NCBI GenBank assembly: GCA_963822965.1 | Contig: CAWGJT010000013.1 | Coordinates: 128,001 to 192,000 of the forward strand | Reading direction: 5' to 3' | Length of the DNA: 64,000 bases | Source: an uncultured delta proteobacterium | Lineage (GTDB): Bacteria; Myxococcota_A; UBA9160; UBA4427 | Shown here: in pieces, positions 48,976-59,718 of the stretch | Numbering within the stretch: position 1 is the stretch's first letter | Layout of the letters: each line of letters opens with the position of its first letter | Notes under the pieces: model-generated | Databases searched by the model: none | What the model was told of the DNA's origin: nothing | The model's input: the letters and a program-made list of their open reading frames with translations, nothing else | Translations under genes and position numbers: made by a program

Positions 48976-49584
48976 TCAGCGCGCGTCCGTCCACTTGTCC
49001 GGCAGGGGCCTTCCGACGATGGAGAAGAAGAGGTCGAGAAAGCGGTAGGTGAGGCCCCACACGATGTGGCGGTCGGGCTCGCCCACCAGGATCCCCGGCA
49101 GCTGCCGGCCCTCGTAGGTGGCGTGGGGATAGGTGACGTGCCGCTCGCTGTCCAGCAGCGACGCGACGGGAAACCAGAACGCCTGCTGGACCTCGCGGTT
49201 CGTGACGATCCGGCCCGGCTCGGGAAGCCAGTACACGTGGGCGGAGACGACCATGCCGCGGGAGCGCTGGGAGTACCCCTGGAGATCGTCGAGCCTTCCG
49301 AGATGGGTGGCGTCCGCGAGCGAGAGGCCGACCTCCTCCAGGGTCTCCCGCTCGGCGGCGTGGCGCGTCCCCGCGTCCGAGGGCTCCATGCGTCCGCCCG
49401 GGAACGCCATGTGGCCCGACCAGGGATCTCCCTTGCGCCGGGCCCGCTCGATGAAGAGCACCTCGGGCCGCGCGTCGCGCTCGCGGAGGATCATCGCGAC
49501 CGCCGCCCGGGCGAGGTCCTCTCCCCCGACCAGGCTCGGCTGGTAGCGGTCGAGGCTCTTCTCGATGTCTTCCAGGGTCGGCAC
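48976..49584 (-). CDS. CoA pyrophosphatase (Nudix)
   Basis: SGHMAFPGG, AERETLEEVGL, IVWGLTY. Confidence 0.92.
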   Translation of the reverse strand: MPTLEDIEKSLDRYQPSLVGGEDLARAAVAMILRERDARPEVLFIERARRKGDPWSGHMAFPGGRMEPSDAGTRHAAERETLEEVGLSLADATHLGRLDDLQGYSQRSRGMVVSAHVYWLPEPGRIVTNREVQQAFWFPVASLLDSERHVTYPHATYEGRQLPGILVGEPDRHIVWGLTYRFLDLFFSIVGRPLPDKWTDAR

Positions 49585-49671
49585 GGTCGGGACGATAGCG
49601 ACCACGGGACGGGCGCCCCGCCCCGCCGACGACTCCGCAGATTCCGGGCCGGCCTGCTAGCTTGCGCTGCG

Positions 49672-50856
49672 ATGGACGTACCGTCCTCGATCATCCCCGA
49701 GCCGCGCCGGATCCTCCAGCTCGCCCGCCAGGACAAGCGCGCCGCCGAGGAAGCCGTGGCGGCCCTCTCCCTGGAGGACCAGGTGGGGCTCGTGTGCAGC
49801 GCGCCGCTGGCGCTACGGCCGAAGCTCCTGGAGCTGGCCCCGGCGCCGGAGGAGCTCATCCCCCTGCTCCCCGAGGCGGAGCTGTGCTTCACCGCCAAGG
49901 CGATCGGCCTGTGGGACGCGAGCTGGATCCTCGAGCACGCGACGCCCGCCCAGCTCGTCACGAGCCTCGATCTGGACGGCTGGAACGGGCTCGTGCCGGC
50001 GCCGGAGAGCCTGCGGACGTGGCTCGCGGCGCTCGCCGAGGCGGGCGACGAGACGTTGCTGCGCACCGCGCGCTCCGTAGACCCGGAGCTCGTCGTGCTG
50101 GTGCTGCGCGATCGGGTGCACGTCCTGCTCGACCCGAAGGACGAGGAATGGCAACCGCCGGACGGCGCACGGACCCTGGAAGGACAGTTCTACCTGGTGG
50201 CGCGGCAGCCGGGGGACGACCTGGACGACGTGATGAAGCTGCTGCGCGTGCTCTTCCAGGAGGACTACTGGCTCTACTTCCGCATGATGCAGGGCGTGAT
50301 CTGGGAGCTGGAGAGCGACCTCCAGGAGTGGGCCCTTCGCTGGCGGACCGGGCGCCTCGAGGATCTCGGCTTCCCGTCCTGGGACGAGGCGATGCGGATC
50401 TACGGCTACGTGCGTCCCAGCGAGCGCGACGAGATTCGGGAAGGAGACGACCCCCTCGACGTGGACGCGTGGTCGCTCCCGGTGTTCCTGCCCGAGCTGC
50501 CGGCGACCCTGAGCGAGGTGCACTCGGTCTTCCGGGCGGCGGCCGAGCTCGACGAACGGGAGCGCCGCGGCTTCTTCTACGCGTTCGTGGCCACGGCCAA
50601 TCGGGTGGCGGTCGCCGACCGCATGCCGCTCGGCGACGCCGACACCCTGCCCCAGGCGATCGAAGTCGTCGCCGCCGTCGTCAGCCGGGGCCTGGAGCAC
50701 ATCGCCACACAGAACGGGATCGGCCTCACCGACACCCTGCGGCGGGTGAGTCTCGAGCGCCTGTTCCGAGTGGGCGCGAGCCTCGAGGGACGCCGTCCTC
50801 CGCCCGCGCCGGAATTCGAGAGCGAGAGCGAAGAGCCGTCCGACGCCGGAAGCTGA
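49672..50856 (+). CDS. DUF6178-family protein
   Basis: LDLDGW, WRTGRLEDLGFP, NRVAVAD, LFRVG. Confidence 0.75.
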   Translation: MDVPSSIIPEPRRILQLARQDKRAAEEAVAALSLEDQVGLVCSAPLALRPKLLELAPAPEELIPLLPEAELCFTAKAIGLWDASWILEHATPAQLVTSLDLDGWNGLVPAPESLRTWLAALAEAGDETLLRTARSVDPELVVLVLRDRVHVLLDPKDEEWQPPDGARTLEGQFYLVARQPGDDLDDVMKLLRVLFQEDYWLYFRMMQGVIWELESDLQEWALRWRTGRLEDLGFPSWDEAMRIYGYVRPSERDEIREGDDPLDVDAWSLPVFLPELPATLSEVHSVFRAAAELDERERRGFFYAFVATANRVAVADRMPLGDADTLPQAIEVVAAVVSRGLEHIATQNGIGLTDTLRRVSLERLFRVGASLEGRRPPPAPEFESESEEPSDAGS

Positions 50857-50866
50857 CGTCTGAGCG

Positions 50867-51230
50867 GTCAGCGCCCCGCTGGGGCGCTGACTTGCAACCC
50901 GAGGACGACGCTGAGCGTCGTCCTCTTGGGAGCCGCGGGCGCGGCTTCTCGGGCGCCAGAAGCACGTGAGGGCCCGACCGGGATGACTCCCGGCGGGCCC
51001 TCGGTGCCCTGCCGACCCCTCCCCCTTTGATCTCCGAAGGACTCCCCTCTCGGTCTCTCCCAGCCACGCCGACGTTGCTCGCCACGGCTGGTCTTGCACC
51101 CGCAGCAACCCGCGGATCCGACGTTCGAGCTGGGGGCTCTTCCGGCGGATGGAGCACGAGCGCGGCGGGATGAGAGGGGTTTCGGAGGGCTTCCGGAGTG
51201 GGTAGCCAGGGCTGGAACGTGATCTCCGGA
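50867..51230. other. Hairpin cluster in the convergent intergenic region downstream of the histone gene
   Basis: Stems at 50867-50891, 50901-50925, 50968-51002 and 51192-51230; long rod at 51032-51187. Confidence 0.65.
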
Positions 51231-51237
51231 CGGACGT

Positions 51238-51441
51238 CTAGAGGTCGACGGCCTTCAGCGTCTTGCGCTTGTTGCCAGTTGCTCGCCCTTCGGCGGACTT
51301 GATCATGTCGCGAACCGCCGCGTCGAGCGCTCCGTAGAACTCGGAGCCGACGTTGCACTTCTTGACCGCTGCCTTGGTGCGAGACTTGGAGATGATCAGC
51401 TCGGCGGGCTTGCCCTTCTTGGCCTTCTTCTTGGCTGCCAT
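51238..51441 (-). CDS. Bacterial histone-fold protein (Bd0055/DUF1931-like) with Lys-rich N-terminal tail
   Basis: ELIISKSRTKAAVKKCNVGSEFYGALDAAVRDMIKSAEGRATGNKRKTLKAVDL; RKTxxxxD histone-fold motif; GGAG-type RBS. Confidence 0.85.
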   Translation of the reverse strand: MAAKKKAKKGKPAELIISKSRTKAAVKKCNVGSEFYGALDAAVRDMIKSAEGRATGNKRKTLKAVDL

Positions 51442-51605
51442 TTCTACTCTCTCCCCCCTGGTTGCCCCTGACGCTGCAGGAGCAGGAAATGGACTCGGAG
51501 CTCCCGTTGCTGCGGGAACCGCCGCCGGAACGAAATTTCGGCGAAGTGCCGCAATCCCCCCGGACACCCCCCCAAACACGCAAATTCACGCGTTCGAGTG
51601 CGCCG

Positions 51606-51633
51606 ATCATAAGACTTTCGATCTCGGAGTCAA
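51606..51633 (-). promoter_or_regulatory. sigma70 promoter of the histone gene
   Basis: TTGACT N16 TATGAT in a locally AT-richer patch. Confidence 0.65.
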
Positions 51634-51818
51634 AGGGCAAAGCGGCGCAAAATGGGCTGGAGGGGCCGAATTCGGCACTTTTTTCGGATCCGGCACTGCG
51701 GCAGACGCTCGCGGAGGGCGTCGCGCGGCAGATGCGTGTCCCGAGAACCGGCGTTTCACGCCTTCTCCGGCCCGATCTCGAAGGGCGCAGGAGTCGCCCC
51801 TGCTACGGTCGCGCGCCG

Positions 51819-52652
51819 ATGACGGCGCGTTCCGAACGGTTCACCACCGGCAGCCTCGGCGGCGTGCAGCTGCACGCGCAGCACTGGGGCGACCTGGAAG
51901 GTCCCATCGTGGTGCTGCTTCACGGGGGCGGCGCCAACAGCCACTGGTGGGACCACGTGGCACCCCGCCTCGCCCGGGACTTCCACGTCGTCGCGCTCGA
52001 CTTCCGCGGGCACGGCGATTCGGACCATCCCGAGGAGATCCGCGCAGGCGCCTTCTCGGAGGACCTGGAAGCGCTGCTCACCCACCTGGGCCGGCCGCGG
52101 GTCGTGCTGGTGGGCCACTCCATGGGCGGCGGGGTCGCCATCGACCACGCGGCGCGCCACCGCGACGTGCGCGCGCTCGTCGCGGTGGACGTGGCCCGCG
52201 GCGCCTCCCGGCGATCGCGGCGCAGCACGCGGCTGGCCCTCAGCCTGCGTCGAACCTACGCGACCCGGGAAGAGGCGATCGCGCGCTATCGCTTCCTGCC
52301 CGCCTCCGACCAGGCGAGCGAGGAGCTTCGCCGACACATCGCCGCGCACTCCGTACGCCAGGAGCCCGGCGGACGCTTCGGGTTCAAGTTCGATCCGCGC
52401 TGGTTCAGCCTGCCGCCACGACCGCGGCCCGACCTCTCGCGCATCGCGTGTCCGACCCTGCTCGTGCGCGGCGCCGAGAGCCCGATGCAGACCGCCGAAG
52501 GGGCCGCCGAGATGGCGGCGGAGATTCCCCATGTGCGGACGGTGGTCGTCGAGGGAGCCGGTCATCACGTGCACCTGGATCGACCCCAGGCGTTCCTGGA
52601 CGCTCTCACGGCGTTTCTCGCGGAGCTGCCGGGCTCGGGCGGCCCGTCCTGA
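51819..52652 (+). CDS. Alpha/beta hydrolase
   Basis: LHGG, DFRGHGDS, GHSMGG, GHHVH. Confidence 0.92.
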   Translation: MTARSERFTTGSLGGVQLHAQHWGDLEGPIVVLLHGGGANSHWWDHVAPRLARDFHVVALDFRGHGDSDHPEEIRAGAFSEDLEALLTHLGRPRVVLVGHSMGGGVAIDHAARHRDVRALVAVDVARGASRRSRRSTRLALSLRRTYATREEAIARYRFLPASDQASEELRRHIAAHSVRQEPGGRFGFKFDPRWFSLPPRPRPDLSRIACPTLLVRGAESPMQTAEGAAEMAAEIPHVRTVVVEGAGHHVHLDRPQAFLDALTAFLAELPGSGGPS

Positions 52653-52711
52653 TCCGCCGGGCGAACTCCGCAGGTGGGGCGTTATGCTCGACGAACCCGC
52701 CGGAGGCCCCC

Positions 52712-54115
52712 ATGACCGATCTGCTCCACCGCCCCCTCTCCGAGCTCTGCGAGCTGCTCCGCAGCGAGCAGGTGAGCGCCACCGAGCTGATGCAGACCAC
52801 GCTGACCCGCATCGAGAAGACCCACCAGCGAATCAACGCCTTCGTCGCGCTGCGGGACGCGGACGCGGTGATGCAGGACGCCGAGGCCGCGGACCGGCGC
52901 ATCGCCTCGGGAGCAGCGCGTCCGCTGGAAGGCATCCCGCTCGGCGTGAAGGATCTCGAGGACGTCGCGGGGCTCGTCACGAGCATGGGCTCGGTGCCCT
53001 TCAAGGAGAACCTCGCCGAGCGCGACTCCCTCCAGGTGGAGCGGCTGCGTGCCGCGGGCGCGATCGTCGTCGGCAAGACGAACGCCCCCGAGTTCGGGTA
53101 CACGGCGATCACGAAGAACCTGCTCTTCGGCCCCACCTCCAACCCCTGGAACGTCGAGCGGACGCCGGGCGGCTCGAGCGGAGGCTCTTCGGCGGCCATC
53201 GCCGGCGGCATCGTCCCCCTCGCCACCGCCAGCGACGGCGGCGGATCGGTGCGCATCCCCGCCTCCTTCACCGGCTGCTTCGGCCTCAAGCCGAGCTACG
53301 GGCGGATTCCGAACGGCCCGGAGAAGACCTGGGTGATGGACGACACCGCGGTCCACGGGCCGTTGACCCGCACCGTGGAGGACGCCGCCATCCACCTCGA
53401 CTCGGTGGTGGGCGACCATCCGCTCGATCCCAACTCCCTGCCCCATCCCGGCTTCCGCTACCGCGACCGACTGGACGGGCTGCCCGACGCCCTGCGGATC
53501 GCCTTCTCGCCGGACCTCGGATACGGGGTCGTGCAGTCCGACGTGGCGCAGGTGGTCGCCGAGGCGGTGCGGGTGTTCGAGCAGCTCGGCCATCGGGTGG
53601 AGCCGATCGCGGGAGGGCCTCCGGAGCCGGGCCGCGACTGGGGTCTCTCCGGCGCCTTCGAGCTGCTCTCGAAGCTCGAAGTCCTGCTGCCGGAGCGCGA
53701 GAACGACTTCGGACGCGGATTCCTGCGGGGCGTCAAGGCCGGCCGGCACATGACGCCCCAGCTCTGGGGCCACATGAAGACCCGCCGGGAGGAGCTGAAC
53801 CGATGGTGCGCCCGCACCTTCGGCGACTACGACCTGCTGCTCACCCCCACCGTGCCCTATGACCCCCCGCCCGCCCGCGGTCCCCTGCCCCTGGAGATCG
53901 AGGGCCGGGAGCTTCCCGCGGCCAACGTCGGGACCTTCACGATGCCCTTCAACCTGTCCTGGCACCCTGCCGCGACCGTCCGCGCCGGCTTCTCCAGCGC
54001 CGGGCTACCCGTGGGGCTCCAGATCGTGGGGCCCCGACTCCGGGACGACCTGGTGCTCCAGGCCGCCCGGGCCTTCGAGCGGGAGCGCCCCTGGCAGACC
54101 TGGCCGGATCTCTAG
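52712..54115 (+). CDS. Amidase signature-family protein
   Basis: GVKD, GKTNAPEFG, PGGSSGGS, ASDGGGSVRIPA. Confidence 0.95.
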   Translation: MTDLLHRPLSELCELLRSEQVSATELMQTTLTRIEKTHQRINAFVALRDADAVMQDAEAADRRIASGAARPLEGIPLGVKDLEDVAGLVTSMGSVPFKENLAERDSLQVERLRAAGAIVVGKTNAPEFGYTAITKNLLFGPTSNPWNVERTPGGSSGGSSAAIAGGIVPLATASDGGGSVRIPASFTGCFGLKPSYGRIPNGPEKTWVMDDTAVHGPLTRTVEDAAIHLDSVVGDHPLDPNSLPHPGFRYRDRLDGLPDALRIAFSPDLGYGVVQSDVAQVVAEAVRVFEQLGHRVEPIAGGPPEPGRDWGLSGAFELLSKLEVLLPERENDFGRGFLRGVKAGRHMTPQLWGHMKTRREELNRWCARTFGDYDLLLTPTVPYDPPPARGPLPLEIEGRELPAANVGTFTMPFNLSWHPAATVRAGFSSAGLPVGLQIVGPRLRDDLVLQAARAFERERPWQTWPDL

Positions 54116-54347
54116 CCGCCGCAGCCGCCGGTCGGTTTTCCGATCGTGCGTCCAGCGAATAGTCCAGGACCTGTATTTTCTTCGCCTGGACGGGGGCTTA
54201 GCCATTGCGGAGGACGGGCGGGGACGAGATAATCGAGCGCGGTGGATCTCGACCGGATCTGGCGCTGGCCAGATCCGGTCATGTCGTAGCCATCGGGTGA
54301 AGCCCTGAAGGTCGACGTTGGAAGGCAGAAGGAACGGGTACACGTAG

Positions 54348-54977
54348 ATGTTGAAGGATCGGATTTCTCGCGCTCGCACGCTGCTTCTCTCGATGGTCCT
54401 CGTCGCGTTCGCTTCGCCGGCTCTGGCGCTCAGCGACACGTACCTGGACTCGCTGGGAATGGCCGATCTCGGCTACGTCGGGAGCGGACAGACGCTCGAG
54501 TACGATCACGTCTTCGCGCCCGCGCAGGATTCCAGCATCGAGATCTCGTCCATCGACAGCGCCTGGCTCTACGTGACGGTCCTCGACGACTCCGCCTGCA
54601 GCCAGCTGCGAGGCTGCCTGAGCGACTGGTTCGGCCAGCCCGAGGTCGCGTCCATCGATCTCAACCAGGTTTCCTGGAAGACCGGCTCGGCCACGGCGGC
54701 GATCTTCTTCGGCGAGGTGAGCGCCCAGGCCGACCTGCTCTCCAACAACGGTGTCCTGCACGTCAGCGTGAACAGCGAAGGCGGGGACTTCACGGTGCTG
54801 TCGTCGCATCTCCGCACCACGTACCAGTACGACTACGCGCTGAACACCGCCGGCGGCGGAGCGGGTGTGGGAGCGGTTCCGGTTCCCGAGCCCAGCGCCG
54901 CGCTGGTGTTCGTAATCGGTAGCGCGACGATGCACGGCGCCGTGCGACGTCGAAATCGGCGGAGCGCGCGCAGCTGA
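54348..54977 (+). CDS. PEP-CTERM sorting-domain secreted protein
   Basis: Signal peptide; C-terminal VPEPSAALVFVIG plus basic tail RRRNRR. Confidence 0.85.
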   Translation: MLKDRISRARTLLLSMVLVAFASPALALSDTYLDSLGMADLGYVGSGQTLEYDHVFAPAQDSSIEISSIDSAWLYVTVLDDSACSQLRGCLSDWFGQPEVASIDLNQVSWKTGSATAAIFFGEVSAQADLLSNNGVLHVSVNSEGGDFTVLSSHLRTTYQYDYALNTAGGGAGVGAVPVPEPSAALVFVIGSATMHGAVRRRNRRSARS

Positions 54978-55040
54978 GCTTCGGTTCCGCGCCGCAAGGT
55001 CATTCCTCGAGGGCCGCTTCCACCCGGAGCGGCCTTCGCT

Positions 55041-55081
55041 GCATTCTCGGATCCCCCGGTCGCATTCTCGAATCCCCCGTC
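55041..55081. repeat. 21-bp direct duplication
   Basis: gcattctcgRatcccccg(g)tc at 55041 and 55062. Confidence 0.75.
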
Positions 55082-55102
55082 GGAAGCGAGCGCGCCTGAG
55101 CC

Positions 55103-56137
<1,035 letters not shown>

Positions 56138-56212
56138 AGCCGGCCCGCCAGACCCGACATCGAGCAAAGCCCCAGGTGGGGGCCGAAGATTCCCCGAGTC
56201 TGCGCGCCGGCT

Positions 56213-56228
56213 GGGCACCCGATTTGCA
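56213..56228 (+). promoter_or_regulatory. Putative sigma54 -24/-12 promoter
   Basis: gGGCAC-CCGAT-TTGCA with canonical GG/GC spacing, upstream of the SRPBCC gene. Confidence 0.5.
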
Positions 56229-56270
56229 CGGAACGGGGCGACTCTGCATCCTATTCGCCGTGAACCCTCG

Positions 56271-56774
56271 GTGCCGGTCCATTTGATCACCCTGATCATG
56301 TCGACGGTGATCGACGCAGATCGCGAACGCGTCTGGCGGGCGCTCACGGATCCCGCCGAGCTGGCCGGCTGGGACGATCACATCGTCGGGTCGGTGGCGC
56401 GCACCGGCGGCGGGCGGGAGGGATCGGGTCGCCGGGCCGAAGGGTCGAGCTGCTCGATCGTCGAGCAGCGGCGGTGGCGCTACCAGCTCGGGTCGGTCCA
56501 GGTCGTGCTGCACGAGCGGCCGCTGGAAGTCGCGCGCCTCGAGCGCCTGAGCAGCGCCCTCAAGATCGGCTCCCTGCGAATCGAGCAGACCTACACGCTG
56601 ACCAGCGAGTCCGTCGATCCGCCGCGCACCCGCCTGGGAATGAAGCTCGCCACCACCAGCTCGGTGCCCGTGGTGGGCGACGTCGTGGACCGCTTCAGCG
56701 TTCGCAGGCTCGCCGCCGAGCGGATCGATCGCACCCTGCGCTCCGTCCAGAGCTGGTGCCAGCAACATCCCTGA
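56271..56774 (+). CDS. SRPBCC-family protein
   Basis: STVIDADRERVWRALTDP..W; C-terminal helix; start could be 56298. Confidence 0.75.
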   Translation: MPVHLITLIMSTVIDADRERVWRALTDPAELAGWDDHIVGSVARTGGGREGSGRRAEGSSCSIVEQRRWRYQLGSVQVVLHERPLEVARLERLSSALKIGSLRIEQTYTLTSESVDPPRTRLGMKLATTSSVPVVGDVVDRFSVRRLAAERIDRTLRSVQSWCQQHP

Positions 56775-56797
56775 CGAAGAGGACCGAGCGCGCCGAT

Positions 56798-57901
56798 CTA
56801 CTTCCCTTCCTCGTCCCCGGACTTCGGCGGCGCCTCTTCCGCGCGATCGTGCCAGATCTCGGTGTCGGGATGGAACGCCTTCCAGGCGAACCAGTAGCCC
56901 TCCGTCACCTTTACGTCGTCCGGCACCTCCCACAGGAAGGTCCCGGACTCCGAGTCGTAGGCGATGCGGATCCGCCGACCCTCGAAGTCGTCCACGATGC
57001 GTCCGCCCTCGGCGGTCAGGATCGAGCCGAGGTAGGCGCGCGTCTTCCCGTCCACCTCGAGCCCCACGACCACCTCCTTCGGGTGGTAGCGATCGTCCCG
57101 CGCTTCGACCTCGAAGGGAATCGAGTCGGAGACCCAGTACAGCTCGTAGGGGCTCTGCCGATAGTCGATCCGGTCGGGCTCGGGCAGCTTCAGCACCGTC
57201 GTATCGTTGTGGCGTTGGAACCAGATCCCCATCTGCTCCTGCCGCACCTCGACGGGCACGAGCCGCTTGCCGGCCATCGGACCCGCGACGGCGCGCCCCT
57301 CGTACTGGGCCCAGAGGCTCTCGGTCTCGCGGTCGTAGAGCAGGAATTGGCCGCGGTAGAGCAGACCGGACACCCCGAAGTGCAGCACGCGCCCGTCGAC
57401 GGTGCTCCGGTAGCCTCGGGGAATCCCCGTGAGGGGGTCGTAGGCCACCACGACCGGGACGTCGCCCAGCCGGTCGTTCACCACCTGGTGGTACTCGAGC
57501 ACGTGGACCGGATACGCGTGGTCGACGCCATCCAGTGACATTCCGATGACCGGCACCGGCGGCGGAGACCAGGCCGCCTCCGGCGGAGAGGCGAATTCGG
57601 GCGAGTCCACGCTTCGGATGCGGTCGCGCGCCGGGCCACCTTCGCGGATCGAATCGCGCGGCACGACGGCGTTCGACAGATCGAAGCCGTTCGGACGCGC
57701 GTCGCCTGCCTTCGTCTCCGGAGCGTTGGGCTTTCCCTTCTCCTGCTGCTTCTCTGGCGCCTGCTCATCCGAGCCCGGCGCGCTCGGGGACGGCGTGACG
57801 GCCGGGTTCTCTGCGGACGCTGCGGCGTGCGAGCCGCCGGCTGCGACGAAGACGAGCAGTGTCGCCGCGATGGTCGCAGCCTGGGCGAGGAGACGAGGCA
57901 C
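56798..57901 (-). CDS. DUF3179-domain secreted protein
   Basis: GGPARDRI, HAYP..YHQVVND, FGVSGLLY, YDRETESLWAQ, YWFAWKAFHPDT. Confidence 0.85.
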   Translation of the reverse strand: MPRLLAQAATIAATLLVFVAAGGSHAAASAENPAVTPSPSAPGSDEQAPEKQQEKGKPNAPETKAGDARPNGFDLSNAVVPRDSIREGGPARDRIRSVDSPEFASPPEAAWSPPPVPVIGMSLDGVDHAYPVHVLEYHQVVNDRLGDVPVVVAYDPLTGIPRGYRSTVDGRVLHFGVSGLLYRGQFLLYDRETESLWAQYEGRAVAGPMAGKRLVPVEVRQEQMGIWFQRHNDTTVLKLPEPDRIDYRQSPYELYWVSDSIPFEVEARDDRYHPKEVVVGLEVDGKTRAYLGSILTAEGGRIVDDFEGRRIRIAYDSESGTFLWEVPDDVKVTEGYWFAWKAFHPDTEIWHDRAEEAPPKSGDEEGK

Positions 57902-57984
57902 GCCCCCAAGTCTAACGGCGCCGCTGCCATCCCCACAGCGCGGCGGCTGGCGAAGAGGGCAGGGGAGTGTCAACCTGCTCGCTC

Positions 57985-58539
57985 ATGGATGGCGAGCCTC
58001 GCAAGCGATCCGGCTGTCTGGTGGCGCTGTACGCGCTCTTCGGGGTCGGTCTGTTCTTCGTCGTCGCAGGCTCGATCGCGGCCTACTTCTTCTTCCAGAG
58101 CGAGAAGGGACAGCAGATCCTGCAGGTCGCCCGGGACGGCGCCCAGTGGCTCGCGGCCGCGAGCCAGGCCCCGGGCACCGAGGAGCTGCGCGCAGCCGGC
58201 TGCGAGGCGGCGATGGTCTCGGACGCCGCTTCGGCCCTCGACGTCTTCATGACCCTCGTTCCCGAAGAGCAGAAGCGCGAGGAGATTCGCGCCGACGTCG
58301 AGCAACGGGCGGGCAGCAGCGAGCTCGACGAGCTCACCCTCGTGATCTGCACCCTGCCCCGCTTCACCACCAGCAAGCCGGCCTGCGAGGACCTGGCGCG
58401 CACCTACGGCGACGCGGTCCCGAACGCCCCGCCCACCTTCTTCGTACTGGTGATCCAGCAGGGCGCCGACGCGCCGGCCTGCCAGGGAACCTACGATCGC
58501 GACGGCAACGCGCAGGAGACCGCCACGGCGACCCCGTAG
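57985..58539 (+). CDS. Hypothetical membrane-anchored protein
   Basis: KRSGCLVAL TM segment, several Cys, coding-like codon usage. Confidence 0.65.
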   Translation: MDGEPRKRSGCLVALYALFGVGLFFVVAGSIAAYFFFQSEKGQQILQVARDGAQWLAAASQAPGTEELRAAGCEAAMVSDAASALDVFMTLVPEEQKREEIRADVEQRAGSSELDELTLVICTLPRFTTSKPACEDLARTYGDAVPNAPPTFFVLVIQQGADAPACQGTYDRDGNAQETATATP

Positions 58540-58623
58540 CGACCCCGTAGCGACCGCGAGGGCGCGCCGGGTGGGCACCCGATGCCGTCGCGGCGGAGCC
58601 CGCGGTGTGCCGCCCGCCGCCGG

Positions 58624-59664
58624 CTACAGGATCTCCTCGGCGAGCACCCGCAATGCCTCGGGCGATCCGGCGCCGATCAGCATCGAGCCCACGTGGCGCT
58701 TGCTGCCGGCCTGCTTCCAGGCCTGCAGGCGGTCGATGATCCGCTCGCGCGGACCGGCGAGGTGGCAGGCGTCCACCAGCTCATCGGGTACCGCGGCGGC
58801 GGCCTCCTGCTTCTTTCCGCTGAGGAAGAGGTCCTGGATCCGCACCGCGGCCTCTTCGAAGCCGAGCCGCTTCGCGTAGTCGTTGTAGAAGTTCTTGTCC
58901 CGAGCGCCCATGCCGCCGATGTAGAGCGCCATGCTCATCTTGATCGGCAGGCGGCACCTCTCGACGTCGTCGCCCATGATGCAGGTCACGAAGGGCGCGA
59001 TCTCGAAGGAGTCGAGGCTCTTGCCGCCCCCCGCCTTCGCGAATCCCTTCTGCAGGCTCTCCTCGAAGACGTCGAAGCGCTCGGGATTCATCCAGACCGG
59101 GAAGACGCCGTCCGCCACCTCGCCCGCACACTCCATGCCGTTGGGAGAGATCGACGCGGTGTAGATCTTCAGCGCGGGATCTCCGTGCAGGATGCTCTTC
59201 AGGGGCTTGCCGAGGCCGGTCGCGTCCTTCCCGCGATAGGGAATCTGGTAGTGGAATCCCTCGTGGGTGAGCTTCTCCTCGCGAGCCAGGATCTTGCGGA
59301 TGATCGAGATGTACTCCCGGGTACGCGTCAGCGGACGACCGTAGGCGACGCCGTGCCAGCCCTCGACCACCTGGGGGCCGGACGGGCCGAGACCCAGGAT
59401 GAAGCGCCCGCCCGAGAGCGCGTAGAGGGTCATCGCCGTCATGGCCGTGGCCGCGGGGGTGCGGGCCGGCATCTGCATGATGGCCGTCCCGACGTTGATC
59501 TTCGTCGTGCGGGCGAGGATCCAGGCCGCCGGCGAGACGGCGTCCGATCCCCAGGCCTCCGCGGTCCACACGGAGTCGAATCCGAGGCCCTCCGCCTCGA
59601 GGATCAGGTCCATGGGCACGTTCATGGTGGCGGGGGAGTATCCGGCGATGATTCCGAGCTTCAT
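58624..59664 (-). CDS. LLM-class F420-dependent oxidoreductase
   Basis: SVWTAEAWGSDA, LGLGPSGPQVVEGWHG, YIGGMGA..NFYN. Confidence 0.92.
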   Translation of the reverse strand: MKLGIIAGYSPATMNVPMDLILEAEGLGFDSVWTAEAWGSDAVSPAAWILARTTKINVGTAIMQMPARTPAATAMTAMTLYALSGGRFILGLGPSGPQVVEGWHGVAYGRPLTRTREYISIIRKILAREEKLTHEGFHYQIPYRGKDATGLGKPLKSILHGDPALKIYTASISPNGMECAGEVADGVFPVWMNPERFDVFEESLQKGFAKAGGGKSLDSFEIAPFVTCIMGDDVERCRLPIKMSMALYIGGMGARDKNFYNDYAKRLGFEEAAVRIQDLFLSGKKQEAAAAVPDELVDACHLAGPRERIIDRLQAWKQAGSKRHVGSMLIGAGSPEALRVLAEEIL

Positions 59665-59718
59665 GGGGGCCTTCCTGTCGCAGAGGGTGGGGGGATGGCT
59701 CGCGGCGAGTCCGAGACT

